64,000 nucleotides of DNA, taken from Candidatus Heimdallarchaeum endolithica. GTDB lineage: Archaea > Asgardarchaeota > Heimdallarchaeia > Heimdallarchaeales > Heimdallarchaeaceae. Under the pieces are notes generated by a model. The model saw nothing but the letters and a program-made list of their open reading frames with translations, was not told the DNA's origin and did not search any database. A program made the translations under genes and the position numbers. The stretch is taken from positions 64,001 to 128,000 of the forward strand of contig CP084167.1 of NCBI GenBank assembly GCA_021513715.1. Reading direction: 5' to 3'. The stretch's first letter is position 1. Each line of letters opens with the position of its first letter. This document shows, piece after piece, positions 44,724-55,090 of the stretch.

Positions 44724-45197
44724 TCAATCAGCTATTTTTTCATTCTTTTTCAATTTCTTAACAAAGTGTTCTAGTACCTCATCTCTTAAAGAAATATCCA
44801 TAGAATCAGGAAAAACTACAGGTTTTAGTGTTTCTATGATGTAACCATCATATAAAATTTCAATTACCCCAATTCCTTCGTTTTTAGCCCATTCAAGTTG
44901 TTTTTCTCTATAATAGCTATCATCATAAGGAGTAGCTACATATAACATATCACAAAAAGGTCTATAAATTTGAGGATGAGGAAGCCACAAACCGTTTTCT
45001 GCTTCAACAAAAATAATTTTATCTGCAACGATATCATAACAAGCAAGATCAATGCGAATGCTTTTTCTATTTTCTAAAAAAGGATAATTAATGTTCTTTC
45101 CCACCAAAGGTATTTGTAACTCTTTTACACATACTTTATTATCAAATCTCCAAGTCTCTGTTATTCTTTTTATTACTTCTTGTTCAGAATACATCAA
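44724..45197 (-). CDS. PD-(D/E)xK-fold nuclease-like protein (MmcB-like)
   Basis: KE...RIDL...FVEAE...YRPFCDMLYVATP...GIGVI. Confidence 0.6.
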   Translation of the reverse strand: MMYSEQEVIKRITETWRFDNKVCVKELQIPLVGKNINYPFLENRKSIRIDLACYDIVADKIIFVEAENGLWLPHPQIYRPFCDMLYVATPYDDSYYREKQLEWAKNEGIGVIEILYDGYIIETLKPVVFPDSMDISLRDEVLEHFVKKLKKNEKIAD

Positions 45198-45253
45198 TCA
45201 TAGACATCCTTTTTATTAGTTAATCCAAAGAATACTATTTAAAGGGAAAAAAT

Positions 45254-45886
45254 TTATTCAGACACTATCATCAAATCTTTAATTCCTTCTTTGTCAATTG
45301 TGAAACTAGAAACAGTATTTTCATTAACAATTAGAGATCTTTTGATATTATTTCCATTAGCATCTAAATGGTTTCTACAATTTTTAATTGACAAAAAAAC
45401 AGATAAATCACAAAAACTTTCAATTAAGGAATACAAAGGAGCTGGGTTTTTTATTGAAAAACTATTAATGATAACGACAGTACAATTGGTTTGCGAGGAG
45501 AAAATAAATAGTTGTTCAAGTATCTTTCTTACTTGATTTTTCACTTCTTCTTTGTATAGCATTCCTCTTACAAAATCAGAAATAAAATCTATTGCAACTA
45601 GCCCTATTTTTTTTTCAAAACTTGAAATAGTTTGAATCTTTTCAAAAAGATCATTTAAGTTTGTTGTTTTAGTTAAATAAAATTCTTCAAGACTTTTCTT
45701 GTCTAGAATCTGCTTTGCTCTTTTTGTAATTGCTTTTTCATGCGAAGTAAAGAAATATATTGTAGAACGAGGAAAAACACTTTTAGACAATTGAATTGCT
45801 AAAGTAGTCTTTCCACATGCTGGGGGACCATAGAGATGTATCATTTTTTCATTTTTAGCTAAAGCCCATTTATACAAATGGATCAC
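45254..45886 (-). CDS. RadB-like RecA-family ATPase
   Basis: IHLYGPPACGKTT, LVAID, VVIIN; short, with no N-terminal domain. Confidence 0.75.
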   Translation of the reverse strand: MIHLYKWALAKNEKMIHLYGPPACGKTTLAIQLSKSVFPRSTIYFFTSHEKAITKRAKQILDKKSLEEFYLTKTTNLNDLFEKIQTISSFEKKIGLVAIDFISDFVRGMLYKEEVKNQVRKILEQLFIFSSQTNCTVVIINSFSIKNPAPLYSLIESFCDLSVFLSIKNCRNHLDANGNNIKRSLIVNENTVSSFTIDKEGIKDLMIVSE

Positions 45887-46508
45887 CGATAACTTTTTTC
45901 ATATCTTCTATATTCTCTTCATCTTCTTCACTATACCTGTAAAAGGGAGTAGCTAAAAGAACAAGTATCACTGTAGTTAAGATATCAAGCGAAACTGAAG
46001 TAAACTCTACGATTGAAAAAACTACTATTATCACAAAAACCCATTTTAGGAAATAAAATAATGAAGAGTGAAGGCTAATATCACTAAATAATTTTAATTC
46101 TTCAAAGTTCGGTATACTAAAAGCCAAGCTTAACGAAGCAATAATATAAAGCAATATTCCAAAGAATTTGTAACCTGAAGGATAGATTTTCCCTGCAAAA
46201 TAAAATAACCAACTTGATAGATAACTCAGGATAAATAATGGCATAATTACAATTGTTGTTGCTAGACAGTCCATATTGATTACTTTTTTTGTTTTAATTA
46301 TACCATTTTCCCAATTAATATTCTCAACAGGTACTCTATAAACCCAATAAAACAGACGCTTAATAGGTAAACTAAAAAGTAACCCTATAGCTAAAAGATG
46401 TTTATAAACAGGTTTTAAAAGAGTAGAAAGTAGAATATTAATTAAAAGAGCTGATAACCATATTTCAACAAAGAGATTCAAAAAATTCAAAAATACTACT
46501 TCTATCAT
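45870..46508 (-). CDS. Membrane protein, probable highly degenerate M50-like paralogue of 54350-55090
   Basis: Similar TM layout; AFSIPNFEEL vs FFSIPDVQDL; no HExxH. Confidence 0.5.
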   Translation of the reverse strand: MIEVVFLNFLNLFVEIWLSALLINILLSTLLKPVYKHLLAIGLLFSLPIKRLFYWVYRVPVENINWENGIIKTKKVINMDCLATTIVIMPLFILSYLSSWLFYFAGKIYPSGYKFFGILLYIIASLSLAFSIPNFEELKLFSDISLHSSLFYFLKWVFVIIVVFSIVEFTSVSLDILTTVILVLLATPFYRYSEEDEENIEDMKKVIGDPFV

Positions 46509-46517
46509 TAAAACCCC

Positions 46518-47930
46518 TCAAGATTCTGATAATGATTTGACTGAAGGTCTAGGAATTGAAGAAGAAACTTTGATACCAACTGGTTTCACCTCATTTTTTT
46601 TCTTTTTGTTATTAATTTTTTGAGAAAGAAAAGCTAACAACTCTCTTTTTACTTTAGGATTTAGATCAGTAAACATACATTCTTTTACAAGTTGTTCTGA
46701 AAATTCTTCTATTTCTTCTGAACTTGGAGTTTCAAAAGTTTTAAACGATTCAAACTTCTCTAGTTTAAAGAAACTTGGATAAAAGAAGGAATAGTTTTTC
46801 TTTTCTACAAAGAGCTGAATAAGTTTTAGAAAATCATCTTCTGAGACAGGAAACTTTGCATTTAATTGATGTTCAAGAGCTTTTTTATAAAAGACTTTTG
46901 ACATTTCAATAAAATTATCAAAAGAATAAGTAAGTTCAGATAATAATATGTCTTTTTTTTCAGCGACCTTTAACAGTTGTTCTTTTGTAAGTCTTTTGTT
47001 GATTGAAAAGGGTTGGAAACTGTTACAATTTCTATTTTCTAATTTTTGTTCTACTTCTTTTCTAGATAATTTTGGGTTATTATTTTCATTATTGATTACT
47101 GGATTTTCTTCTATAACCTCTTGCTCCTCTTTTTTTGTTTCTTCATTTGTGTTATACAACACTTCAGAATAAAGAGGAAAAAGTTCACTAAGTATTGTAT
47201 CATCAACTGCTTCCAATTCTAAATTATTGTCTCTTTTTAATTCTGCAACTATAACTTCTATTTTTGAGAAAAACTGCTCATTTTCCTTTAATAATTGAGA
47301 AAAGTTTTTGTTTTTTGTTTTATACTCTTTACCAAGGAAAAGCAAGTATTCTCCCTTATCTGTATCTAATACTGAAAAATCTATTTCCTTCATTTCATTT
47401 CTCAAAGGATAATTCAATAACGAAGAAAATGTATATCCTTCTTCTTTGTTTCCTGTACTTAATATGCTTACTAAAAATACTGGAATGATTTTGCTTTTAT
47501 TAACAAGAAAATTTTTTTTTCCATTTTTTTCTCGAAGGATAAATACTGATTTTAAAGAATAACTTTCTTTAGTTGGACTACTATCTTCCTCACTTAAGAG
47601 AGCAGAAGAAACTTCTTTCTCTACTATCTCTTCTCTTTGATTACGATAACCTACTAATTTTTTTCCTAATTCTGTTGAAGCATTAACTACTATAAGAGAA
47701 ATGAATACAGGTAGAAATACCCTTAACCATAGTAAATGTACAGGCATAAATACTGTGATGAAGTAAAATGAACTCCCCCAAAAGACAATCCAGATTAATG
47801 CAACTAAAAATAGTGGAAGCTTTCCCTGTTCTCTGACCTTGACAACAATTGAATTTGATATTTTATCTAGTAGTCTATTGTACATTTTTTTTAATAAGGG
47901 TAGTTTTCTTTTTTTCTCTTTATTGTTCAT
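46518..47930 (-). CDS. Two-TM membrane protein with large cytoplasmic domain
   Basis: Two N-terminal hydrophobic helices, then a charged soluble region. Confidence 0.7.
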   Translation of the reverse strand: MNNKEKKRKLPLLKKMYNRLLDKISNSIVVKVREQGKLPLFLVALIWIVFWGSSFYFITVFMPVHLLWLRVFLPVFISLIVVNASTELGKKLVGYRNQREEIVEKEVSSALLSEEDSSPTKESYSLKSVFILREKNGKKNFLVNKSKIIPVFLVSILSTGNKEEGYTFSSLLNYPLRNEMKEIDFSVLDTDKGEYLLFLGKEYKTKNKNFSQLLKENEQFFSKIEVIVAELKRDNNLELEAVDDTILSELFPLYSEVLYNTNEETKKEEQEVIEENPVINNENNNPKLSRKEVEQKLENRNCNSFQPFSINKRLTKEQLLKVAEKKDILLSELTYSFDNFIEMSKVFYKKALEHQLNAKFPVSEDDFLKLIQLFVEKKNYSFFYPSFFKLEKFESFKTFETPSSEEIEEFSEQLVKECMFTDLNPKVKRELLAFLSQKINNKKKKNEVKPVGIKVSSSIPRPSVKSLSES

Positions 47931-47964
47931 TGATTCAACCTTACTAGGATTATTTCGTAATTTA

Positions 47965-47980
47965 TTTATAAAGAAAGAAA
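47965..47980 (-). promoter_or_regulatory. TTTC-N4-TATA promoter
   Basis: TTTC-TTTC-TTTATAAA, 34 nt before the ATG at 47930. Confidence 0.55.
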
Positions 47981-47987
47981 AAATGGT

Positions 47988-50900
47988 TTAATTTTTTCTA
48001 AGATACTTGAAAATGTCTTTCTTAGAATAAATTATCAACCCTATAACACTTACAGGAATTGAAATTAACATATGTATCATATTCATCTTTGGAATTTTCA
48101 CATTTTCTGTATAAGTTCTAACAATATCCTCAACTTCGATATCTATCATAGTGTCTTCGTAGATTACATCCCCATCAAAAGCAACTCTAATCATAGTTGT
48201 TCCTTCAGGAAAAGTGCTAACATCTAAATGCAGATAACCTTTATCATCTGTCAGAAGAGTACGATTTTCTAATATGTGATGCATAACATCCAAGAAGAAT
48301 ATTGTCGTTTCTGCATTAGATATGCTTCTATTTTCTGAATCTAGTAAAAGTAAAGTTAAAAGGTATTCAGTTTTATTTTCTTTATAAACTATTTTTGTTG
48401 GTTGAGGAATTATAAGAATAGTAAATGAAGCATTAAAAGTATTGTAATATTCATTTCCTTCAAATTGTACATTTACTTGATATTCTCCTACATAGAAATT
48501 TGTAAGCATAAAGTTAATTATTTTTACTCCTGTTTGATTTTTTTCTCCAACAAGAACACTAAATTCTAAATCTGTTTCATTCTTAAATGGGATAATTTCT
48601 ACGATCAACGGAATACTTGAATTATAGTAAAAAGTATCTTGATTATACTGAAAAGTTATGTTTCTCTTGAGAACTTGAATAAATAAGCTTTGTTCGCTAC
48701 TATAGAAGAAATCATTTTCTTCTACAATTACAGTTATATTCAAATTACCTGTTGATTCCATTACAAAACTTATAGAAAAATAGTTATCCTCTTCTACAAT
48801 CTCAAAATCATCAGACAAGTATTCTGTATTGTTAACGAATAGTTTAATTCTATCTTTTTCTATTGGATAATCTGTACTTATATTTAATGTAAATGTTTCA
48901 AAAACATAAATTTCGGAATTACTAGTTGTAATTTCAAGGTTTAATTCAAGTTTCAATATCTTTATTGTTTTTACAATTTCTTGACTCTTAAAGTTTTCAT
49001 TGTCAAACTCAAAATAAAATGCGATTTCATATTCTCCTGGAAGGAAATCAAATACTGAATGAGATATATCAAATTCACCTAGTTCTCCAAATTCTAAAAT
49101 AGAGAATATAGTATTATTGATCTTGATATACACCTTTCCTGAAGAATTATAATCACCTTTAAAAGAAATTTTTCCAATAATATTTTCTGTACTATTTGTA
49201 TTAAATTCAAGGTTAGAAACTATAATTGAATATTCTCCATAACCTCTTGATGACTCAAATGAATAAATAGTTTCTAGAATTGTTTCAGTGTTTTCTATAA
49301 GAAACTCAATTGTCATATTTCCAGATGGAAAATCACTTGGAATATCGAAAACAAATTCTCCTTTATCATTGGTCAACACTTTATCAGAATAGTTTAAATT
49401 GTCAATTCTTAGTTCTATACTTATTCCTTCCAGAGGTAGAGTAAGAGTACCACAAATAGAGGCCCCTATACCATAGTTCATCAGGTCAGAATCAGTAATC
49501 AAGATTTCAGGTTTGTATTTCACTTTAATTTCAATTGATTCAAAGGTTGAGTAATATAGGTTATCTCCTGCATAAGAAACTTGTAAAATGTAATTTCCTA
49601 CCTCTAAATCATCAGGGATAACAAATGACCCTACGCCTTCAATATTTGTTTCTGCAATAGTTATTAATGAACCATTAAGTGTTATAGAAACTTGTCCTTC
49701 GATTCCTGAATCATTATTATACGAGTAAAGTTTGAATTCTATAAGCTCTCCTTTTCCATATTCTATTGTAGTAGAAAAGTTAGAAATTTCTAACTCTGAA
49801 GTAATTTTAGAGATAGAAAAGTAAATTGACTGATTAGCAGGTAAGAAATATTCATTTCCATTAAATATGGCACTCAAAAGGTATTCTCCTGGATCTAAAG
49901 TTAAGATTGTAGAAAAAGCACCATTTTCATCTGTTTGAAGAATATCATAACCACTTCCATTTATTTTAATATATATAATTTCATCTTCTAAAGGATAGGT
50001 TCCTTCAATTTTTCCTTTTAGGAAAGCAAGAGTATCATCATATTCAATATTTAGAGAACTAAAGACACAATTTGATTTGTAAATATTAATATTCACAGAA
50101 ACAGCATTTGTTGAATATATTTCATTTCCCTCATAAATTATCTCTCCAATATAATTTCCAGGTAGATAGTTGATATCTATTACAATTACTGCTACTCCTG
50201 TAAAGTTAGTTAAAGCTAAGTAACTATTGTTATCAAAGTTTAGTTTGATATATTGATTAGATAGAGATTCTCCATTAGAAGTTAATGAAACAAATATATT
50301 AGTTGAAGATTGAGAATAAACTCCTTCTTCTACATAAACTTTAATCTCTGTTTGCTCTTTATCTTTCTCTGCTTGAATATTTAAAGATGATTCTTGATAA
50401 ATCTCATTTCCTTTATATCCAATGTTTACAGAATACAAACTTGGAGTAACATTCAATATTTCAATTCTTGCTTGACCATATTCATTAGTAAAATTAGTTC
50501 CAACCAGTGAATTATTTACGTAAAAATAGATTATTTGTCCTTCCACTGGTTCTGAAGAGCTAGATAAATTGGCTGTTATTACCATTGTATCATTTATAAA
50601 CTCAATATTTCCAGTTAAAGTAGAAGAAAGCTTATAGATATAAACACTTGTACTTCTTGAACTTGGATTAATGTAATTATTTCCTTCTATTTGAACTTCA
50701 ATATTATAATAGTTTGGAAGTAGAAGAATAACAAATGAATAAGCTCCATCAGATAAAGTTGTAGTTGAAAGGGTAAATGTTTCATTAATAAACAAATTTA
50801 CAGTTATACTTTCAATTCCTTGACCTTTTGAATTTTCGATATATCCACTAATCTCATAGGTTTCTGAATAAAAACTATCATCAGCTAGTAGAATAACATT

Positions 50901-53900
50901 AGTCTCTATTTTATTAACAACAAGAGAATAGCTGACAGACACGCCCTTATATCTACTATCTTCATTGAAAGTAACATTTACTGTATATACTTCAGATGGT
51001 AAAATTGGAATAGTCCAAATAGCATAACCTGAACTATTAGTAAATAAAAACGATGAATACCCATTAGATAATGAAATGTTTAATTGGAGATTTGGAACCC
51101 CGCCATTAATTGAATAAACATAAAATTCCATTGTTCTTGTTTCATTACAAGTCATAACTAAATCTGAACTTTGGATGTATAGATCAGCTTTAATTATTTC
51201 AAATTCTTGTGTGCAAGAAGAGGAAATATAATTAGTTTGATTTAAAACAACTGCTTTAAAGTAATAATTTCCTGAATTTAAGTCTATAGTCCAATAAAAA
51301 CTTCCAAAACCGTTTGCATCTGTTGATATTTGACTTAACAATAACCCATCAATGTAAAAGTTTAATTCTACTTCTATTGGTTGTCCAAATTGATCAACAA
51401 CTGTAAAATTAATCCTAATTTCATGCCCATATTGTTCTTGTGTTGGTGCTTCCATACTTACAGAAGTATGATAACCTATTTGGAATAATTTTACATTTGA
51501 GGATGACTCTATCCAATCGTCGGTTTGAGCAACTATTACTTTCCAGTTAAATTCTCCCACTTTATCTGGACTTGTAATATTCAGTGTAGCTATTCCTGTT
51601 TCGTTAGTAAAACCTATTCCTAAAAGTATCCATTGTTCATCATATAGATAAAATTCTACTCTTACATTTGCAGGATTTGTTCCTAAATCAGAATAAACAT
51701 AGCTTGATAAATAAATTAGAGAATTTGCGTTACAAGTGAAATCTTCAATTTCAACATTCAAACTTATTGGTGATGAAATTATTGTTCTCGTTAAATTAAT
51801 ATTGTTGTAATGATTATCGCTTTCAAAAGCTACTGTAAAAGTGACATTTGTTCCAAAATTTACTTGGTAGTCAAAGTAAAACCATCCTTCTGCATTAGTA
51901 AAGACAAAGTAGTTTTCTTCCAGAATAGTTATTTTTATCTCTTTTTCAGCTAAATATACTCCAGAATCTATTAGCAAACCTGATATCGTAATTGTTTCTT
52001 GATTCTGTGTTGTTAAATCTTGAACATGTAAAATTTCTGCATCTCTCCTTATACATAGAAGATTACTCTCTTGTGAATAAGTTTCATAATAGGAGATTTC
52101 ATTGTTAGAACCATAATAATTTTCTACATGAATGGTGATAACAAGTTCTTGATCAACTTCTACATCTAAAGTTAAATTCAATGAAAAATGTCCTTGAGAA
52201 TTCGTTTCTGTAGTATAAAGGTAAATAATCCAATTATCGGACACACTTGGATCTGTAATTAGTACAGTAATATTTGCATTTACTATTGGATTTCCATTTG
52301 TATCTGACACATTTCCTTCTAAAATCAACGAAGAATTATATACATATTCAATAGAAGAAGGCAAATTACAGTCTAGTATACTAGAGGAAGCATACAATTC
52401 AAATTGAAGATTTTCTTCAATAAAATAATAATTTGAATCAGAAATTCGAATTATTAGAGTATATTTTCCTGGTTCTTTAAAATAAGCAGGAATAGTTACT
52501 TGACCATATCCAGTATCATTTGTAAATGCATAACCTAGAGAGATATATTCATCAAAGAAAGGATCATACAAAAGTGATTCAAATTCTATGTTTGTTACAG
52601 AATCATTTTCTGGATCCTTAACTTCAAAAGAGAAGTAGGTATCATTTATCCAATTATTAACTGTATTATTATCTGTACTATATATTTGCAAACTAGATTT
52701 CAGTACTTCTATATCTCCATATTGGGTATCAGGATATAAATACAAATCTGAATCTAAATCAATGTTTATCCAATATTTATTATTATAATATCCTACATCC
52801 CAATTAACTGAATAACTATGAGTTTTTGCATAACCATTTTCATCAGTTATGTCATAGACAAAAATTTTTCCCTCTACATAAAAGAATACCATTACTCCAG
52901 ATATTGGAGTATTATCGTTATCATGCACTTGAATTTTTAAACTAAAAGTCTCAAGTTTGTCTGAATCACTCTGATTTCCATAAATTGTTTGAACTAATGG
53001 AGTTTCAATAATAACTTGTTCTTTTTCAGTTTCAGTATAATTAAAAGCTTCTAGCTCTTGTGTTACTGCTTTAAAGTAATAATATCCTGAAGCTTTTGAG
53101 ATTAAGAAATTTATCTTTGCTATTCCTGTACTATCTGAAATAGAAGAACCAATTTCTATCCATGAAGAATTATCTTCCGAGTAGTAGAAATATATAGTTT
53201 GATTTTCCAGTTCTTGATTATAGTAGTTTTTAACATAAGCTTTTAACTCTATATAATCACTATATTCTGCGTTAGTAGGACTTTCTAATGATAAATATTC
53301 TGGAATATTTTCATCAATTATTCTAAAATCTGAAGAATCACAAGAAAGATCATACATTCCTGAATCATCATAGTAAAAAGCTGCTAAAGTATGATACTTA
53401 AAATTAGATTGAGATGATTGATAAGTGATTGTAGTTTCTCCATTACTGGATGAAGAAATAGTTTTTTCTGTTAACTTTAGCCCAGAAAACAATCTTATTT
53501 TTGCATCTATTCCTTGTTCTAAACCCCATGAACCCCCTGAAAAAACATATACTTGATTGTCATCATATTCTTCAGAATCAAGTGATGTTTCTATTCTTAA
53601 TGAGTTATCTCCTTCCAAGACTATAAAATAAGTTGTACCTACTAACAAAGAATTGTCTATTTTAGTAGTAGTTGGGTTGTCATAGAAAGCATAAAATCCA
53701 GAAAAACCAGATTGAGAATTATAATATCTAAAAGACAACTCACTTTTAGCCATATAATCTGTAGAATAGTTATTTAAATCAGAAGTAAGATAAACATTTA
53801 TTATATCTCCTGATAAATCTGCTAAATTTGAGATATCAAAATAAACAGCCATGTAATTTGCTGGAGAATCTAAAGTGAAACTTACAGCCAACTTACTTGA

Positions 53901-54353
53901 TTCAACAAAACTTGTTCCTATTCCTAGGTCTTCTTCTATACAGTTCAGATCATACCAATAAATTGTTCCTTTATCCACTGGATAAAGTGTTCCTAAATCG
54001 AACTTTGTTGAGGAGGTTACACTAATATTTTCTCCTTTATTTATAAATTCAGGTACAGAAGAAATCTGGGAAAAGGTATTATACAATCCATAACTAAATT
54101 TAGGATAAGGATTAGTCTTATCTTCATTTAATGAAATAATAGCTGTATTTTCTTTTTTTCTAAAATTTTTTCCTTCATTTGTTCCAACAACTAATTTTTT
54201 TGTATCAATTCCATCTTTTCTATTAAAGTCAACAGAATAATTTGAATTAAAATCTAATCTGTCTATTATATTTTCAGCTAAAATCTGATTGACTGTTAAT
54301 GGTAGAATTAATAATAAAATAAACATAAATTTTAACTTTATTTTCATTTTCAT
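47988..54353 (-). CDS. 2121-aa surface protein with tandem Ig-like (Big-type) domains and C-terminal TM anchor
   Basis: Signal peptide; ~95-aa repeats with TNxxGxA and YxGNxxY motifs; many N-x-S/T sequons; C-terminal TM followed by KK. Confidence 0.8.
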   Translation of the reverse strand: MKMKIKLKFMFILLLILPLTVNQILAENIIDRLDFNSNYSVDFNRKDGIDTKKLVVGTNEGKNFRKKENTAIISLNEDKTNPYPKFSYGLYNTFSQISSVPEFINKGENISVTSSTKFDLGTLYPVDKGTIYWYDLNCIEEDLGIGTSFVESSKLAVSFTLDSPANYMAVYFDISNLADLSGDIINVYLTSDLNNYSTDYMAKSELSFRYYNSQSGFSGFYAFYDNPTTTKIDNSLLVGTTYFIVLEGDNSLRIETSLDSEEYDDNQVYVFSGGSWGLEQGIDAKIRLFSGLKLTEKTISSSSNGETTITYQSSQSNFKYHTLAAFYYDDSGMYDLSCDSSDFRIIDENIPEYLSLESPTNAEYSDYIELKAYVKNYYNQELENQTIYFYYSEDNSSWIEIGSSISDSTGIAKINFLISKASGYYYFKAVTQELEAFNYTETEKEQVIIETPLVQTIYGNQSDSDKLETFSLKIQVHDNDNTPISGVMVFFYVEGKIFVYDITDENGYAKTHSYSVNWDVGYYNNKYWINIDLDSDLYLYPDTQYGDIEVLKSSLQIYSTDNNTVNNWINDTYFSFEVKDPENDSVTNIEFESLLYDPFFDEYISLGYAFTNDTGYGQVTIPAYFKEPGKYTLIIRISDSNYYFIEENLQFELYASSSILDCNLPSSIEYVYNSSLILEGNVSDTNGNPIVNANITVLITDPSVSDNWIIYLYTTETNSQGHFSLNLTLDVEVDQELVITIHVENYYGSNNEISYYETYSQESNLLCIRRDAEILHVQDLTTQNQETITISGLLIDSGVYLAEKEIKITILEENYFVFTNAEGWFYFDYQVNFGTNVTFTVAFESDNHYNNINLTRTIISSPISLNVEIEDFTCNANSLIYLSSYVYSDLGTNPANVRVEFYLYDEQWILLGIGFTNETGIATLNITSPDKVGEFNWKVIVAQTDDWIESSSNVKLFQIGYHTSVSMEAPTQEQYGHEIRINFTVVDQFGQPIEVELNFYIDGLLLSQISTDANGFGSFYWTIDLNSGNYYFKAVVLNQTNYISSSCTQEFEIIKADLYIQSSDLVMTCNETRTMEFYVYSINGGVPNLQLNISLSNGYSSFLFTNSSGYAIWTIPILPSEVYTVNVTFNEDSRYKGVSVSYSLVVNKIETNVILLADDSFYSETYEISGYIENSKGQGIESITVNLFINETFTLSTTTLSDGAYSFVILLLPNYYNIEVQIEGNNYINPSSRSTSVYIYKLSSTLTGNIEFINDTMVITANLSSSSEPVEGQIIYFYVNNSLVGTNFTNEYGQARIEILNVTPSLYSVNIGYKGNEIYQESSLNIQAEKDKEQTEIKVYVEEGVYSQSSTNIFVSLTSNGESLSNQYIKLNFDNNSYLALTNFTGVAVIVIDINYLPGNYIGEIIYEGNEIYSTNAVSVNINIYKSNCVFSSLNIEYDDTLAFLKGKIEGTYPLEDEIIYIKINGSGYDILQTDENGAFSTILTLDPGEYLLSAIFNGNEYFLPANQSIYFSISKITSELEISNFSTTIEYGKGELIEFKLYSYNNDSGIEGQVSITLNGSLITIAETNIEGVGSFVIPDDLEVGNYILQVSYAGDNLYYSTFESIEIKVKYKPEILITDSDLMNYGIGASICGTLTLPLEGISIELRIDNLNYSDKVLTNDKGEFVFDIPSDFPSGNMTIEFLIENTETILETIYSFESSRGYGEYSIIVSNLEFNTNSTENIIGKISFKGDYNSSGKVYIKINNTIFSILEFGELGEFDISHSVFDFLPGEYEIAFYFEFDNENFKSQEIVKTIKILKLELNLEITTSNSEIYVFETFTLNISTDYPIEKDRIKLFVNNTEYLSDDFEIVEEDNYFSISFVMESTGNLNITVIVEENDFFYSSEQSLFIQVLKRNITFQYNQDTFYYNSSIPLIVEIIPFKNETDLEFSVLVGEKNQTGVKIINFMLTNFYVGEYQVNVQFEGNEYYNTFNASFTILIIPQPTKIVYKENKTEYLLTLLLLDSENRSISNAETTIFFLDVMHHILENRTLLTDDKGYLHLDVSTFPEGTTMIRVAFDGDVIYEDTMIDIEVEDIVRTYTENVKIPKMNMIHMLISIPVSVIGLIIYSKKDIFKYLRKN

Positions 54354-55090
54354 ACCTCCAATAACAATATTTCGTCCCCTTCATTTCGACTTTGATTTCT
54401 TTTAATAGGTTGTAAGTTGCTAACTTTGTAGTTAGAATCTTGCCTTCTTTTTACTAAATATAATACAAAAATCATAAAGAAAAGAAAGTTAATTGAAGGA
54501 ATAAGCCATCCCCAAATTCCTACAGCAAAAACAAAGAAAAGTAGGCTAACCATTAGAAGAGCAATAAATTCTGAATATGCTACTGTTAAAGTATAGAATG
54601 GCAACATTAGATCTTGCACGTCAGGAATAGAGAAGAAGGCAAAACATAATAACAAATAAATTTTCAAGAAAGTACCCATTAAAGGCATACCAAACTTCAA
54701 AAATATTCCTGAAATATCATTGCTAAATTTCAATATTGCTACAACTAATCCCATGTTTAGGAAAGGACTTAAACCAATAAAAGCTGCATGAGAAACATGA
54801 GTCAAATCTCCTTTTATGCTTTGACTTGCATAATCTCTATCAAAAGCCATATGAAAATTAACTTTAACATCATAACCACAAGCCCTTACTGCAATTGTTT
54901 GTATAACTTGATGCATAAATGAACCTGGAAAGAATAAAATGTTCAATAGCATTTGTAACTTACTAGGAATGAAAGCATCCAGAAGAAAGCGTAGAAACAA
55001 GAGAAGTAAAATGACAAAGAAACTTAACGAAGCAGTTCCTGTGAATATAGCAACTATTGTTTCCCAAATATAAGAAAAAAAATTACTCAA
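54350..55090 (-). CDS. M50/zinc-metalloprotease-like membrane protein lacking HExxH
   Basis: FFPGSFMHQVIQ where PGxxxHExxH is expected; GLSPF; SIPDVQD. Confidence 0.58.
   Translation of the reverse strand: MSNFFSYIWETIVAIFTGTASLSFFVILLLLFLRFLLDAFIPSKLQMLLNILFFPGSFMHQVIQTIAVRACGYDVKVNFHMAFDRDYASQSIKGDLTHVSHAAFIGLSPFLNMGLVVAILKFSNDISGIFLKFGMPLMGTFLKIYLLLCFAFFSIPDVQDLMLPFYTLTVAYSEFIALLMVSLLFFVFAVGIWGWLIPSINFLFFMIFVLYLVKRRQDSNYKVSNLQPIKRNQSRNEGDEILLLEV

Noticed and set aside
45236-45252. Motif copy upstream of the nuclease-like gene
   Set aside because: Reads TTTTTCCC-TTTAAATA with different spacing and directly follows a stop codon, so it may be a terminator tract; not counted
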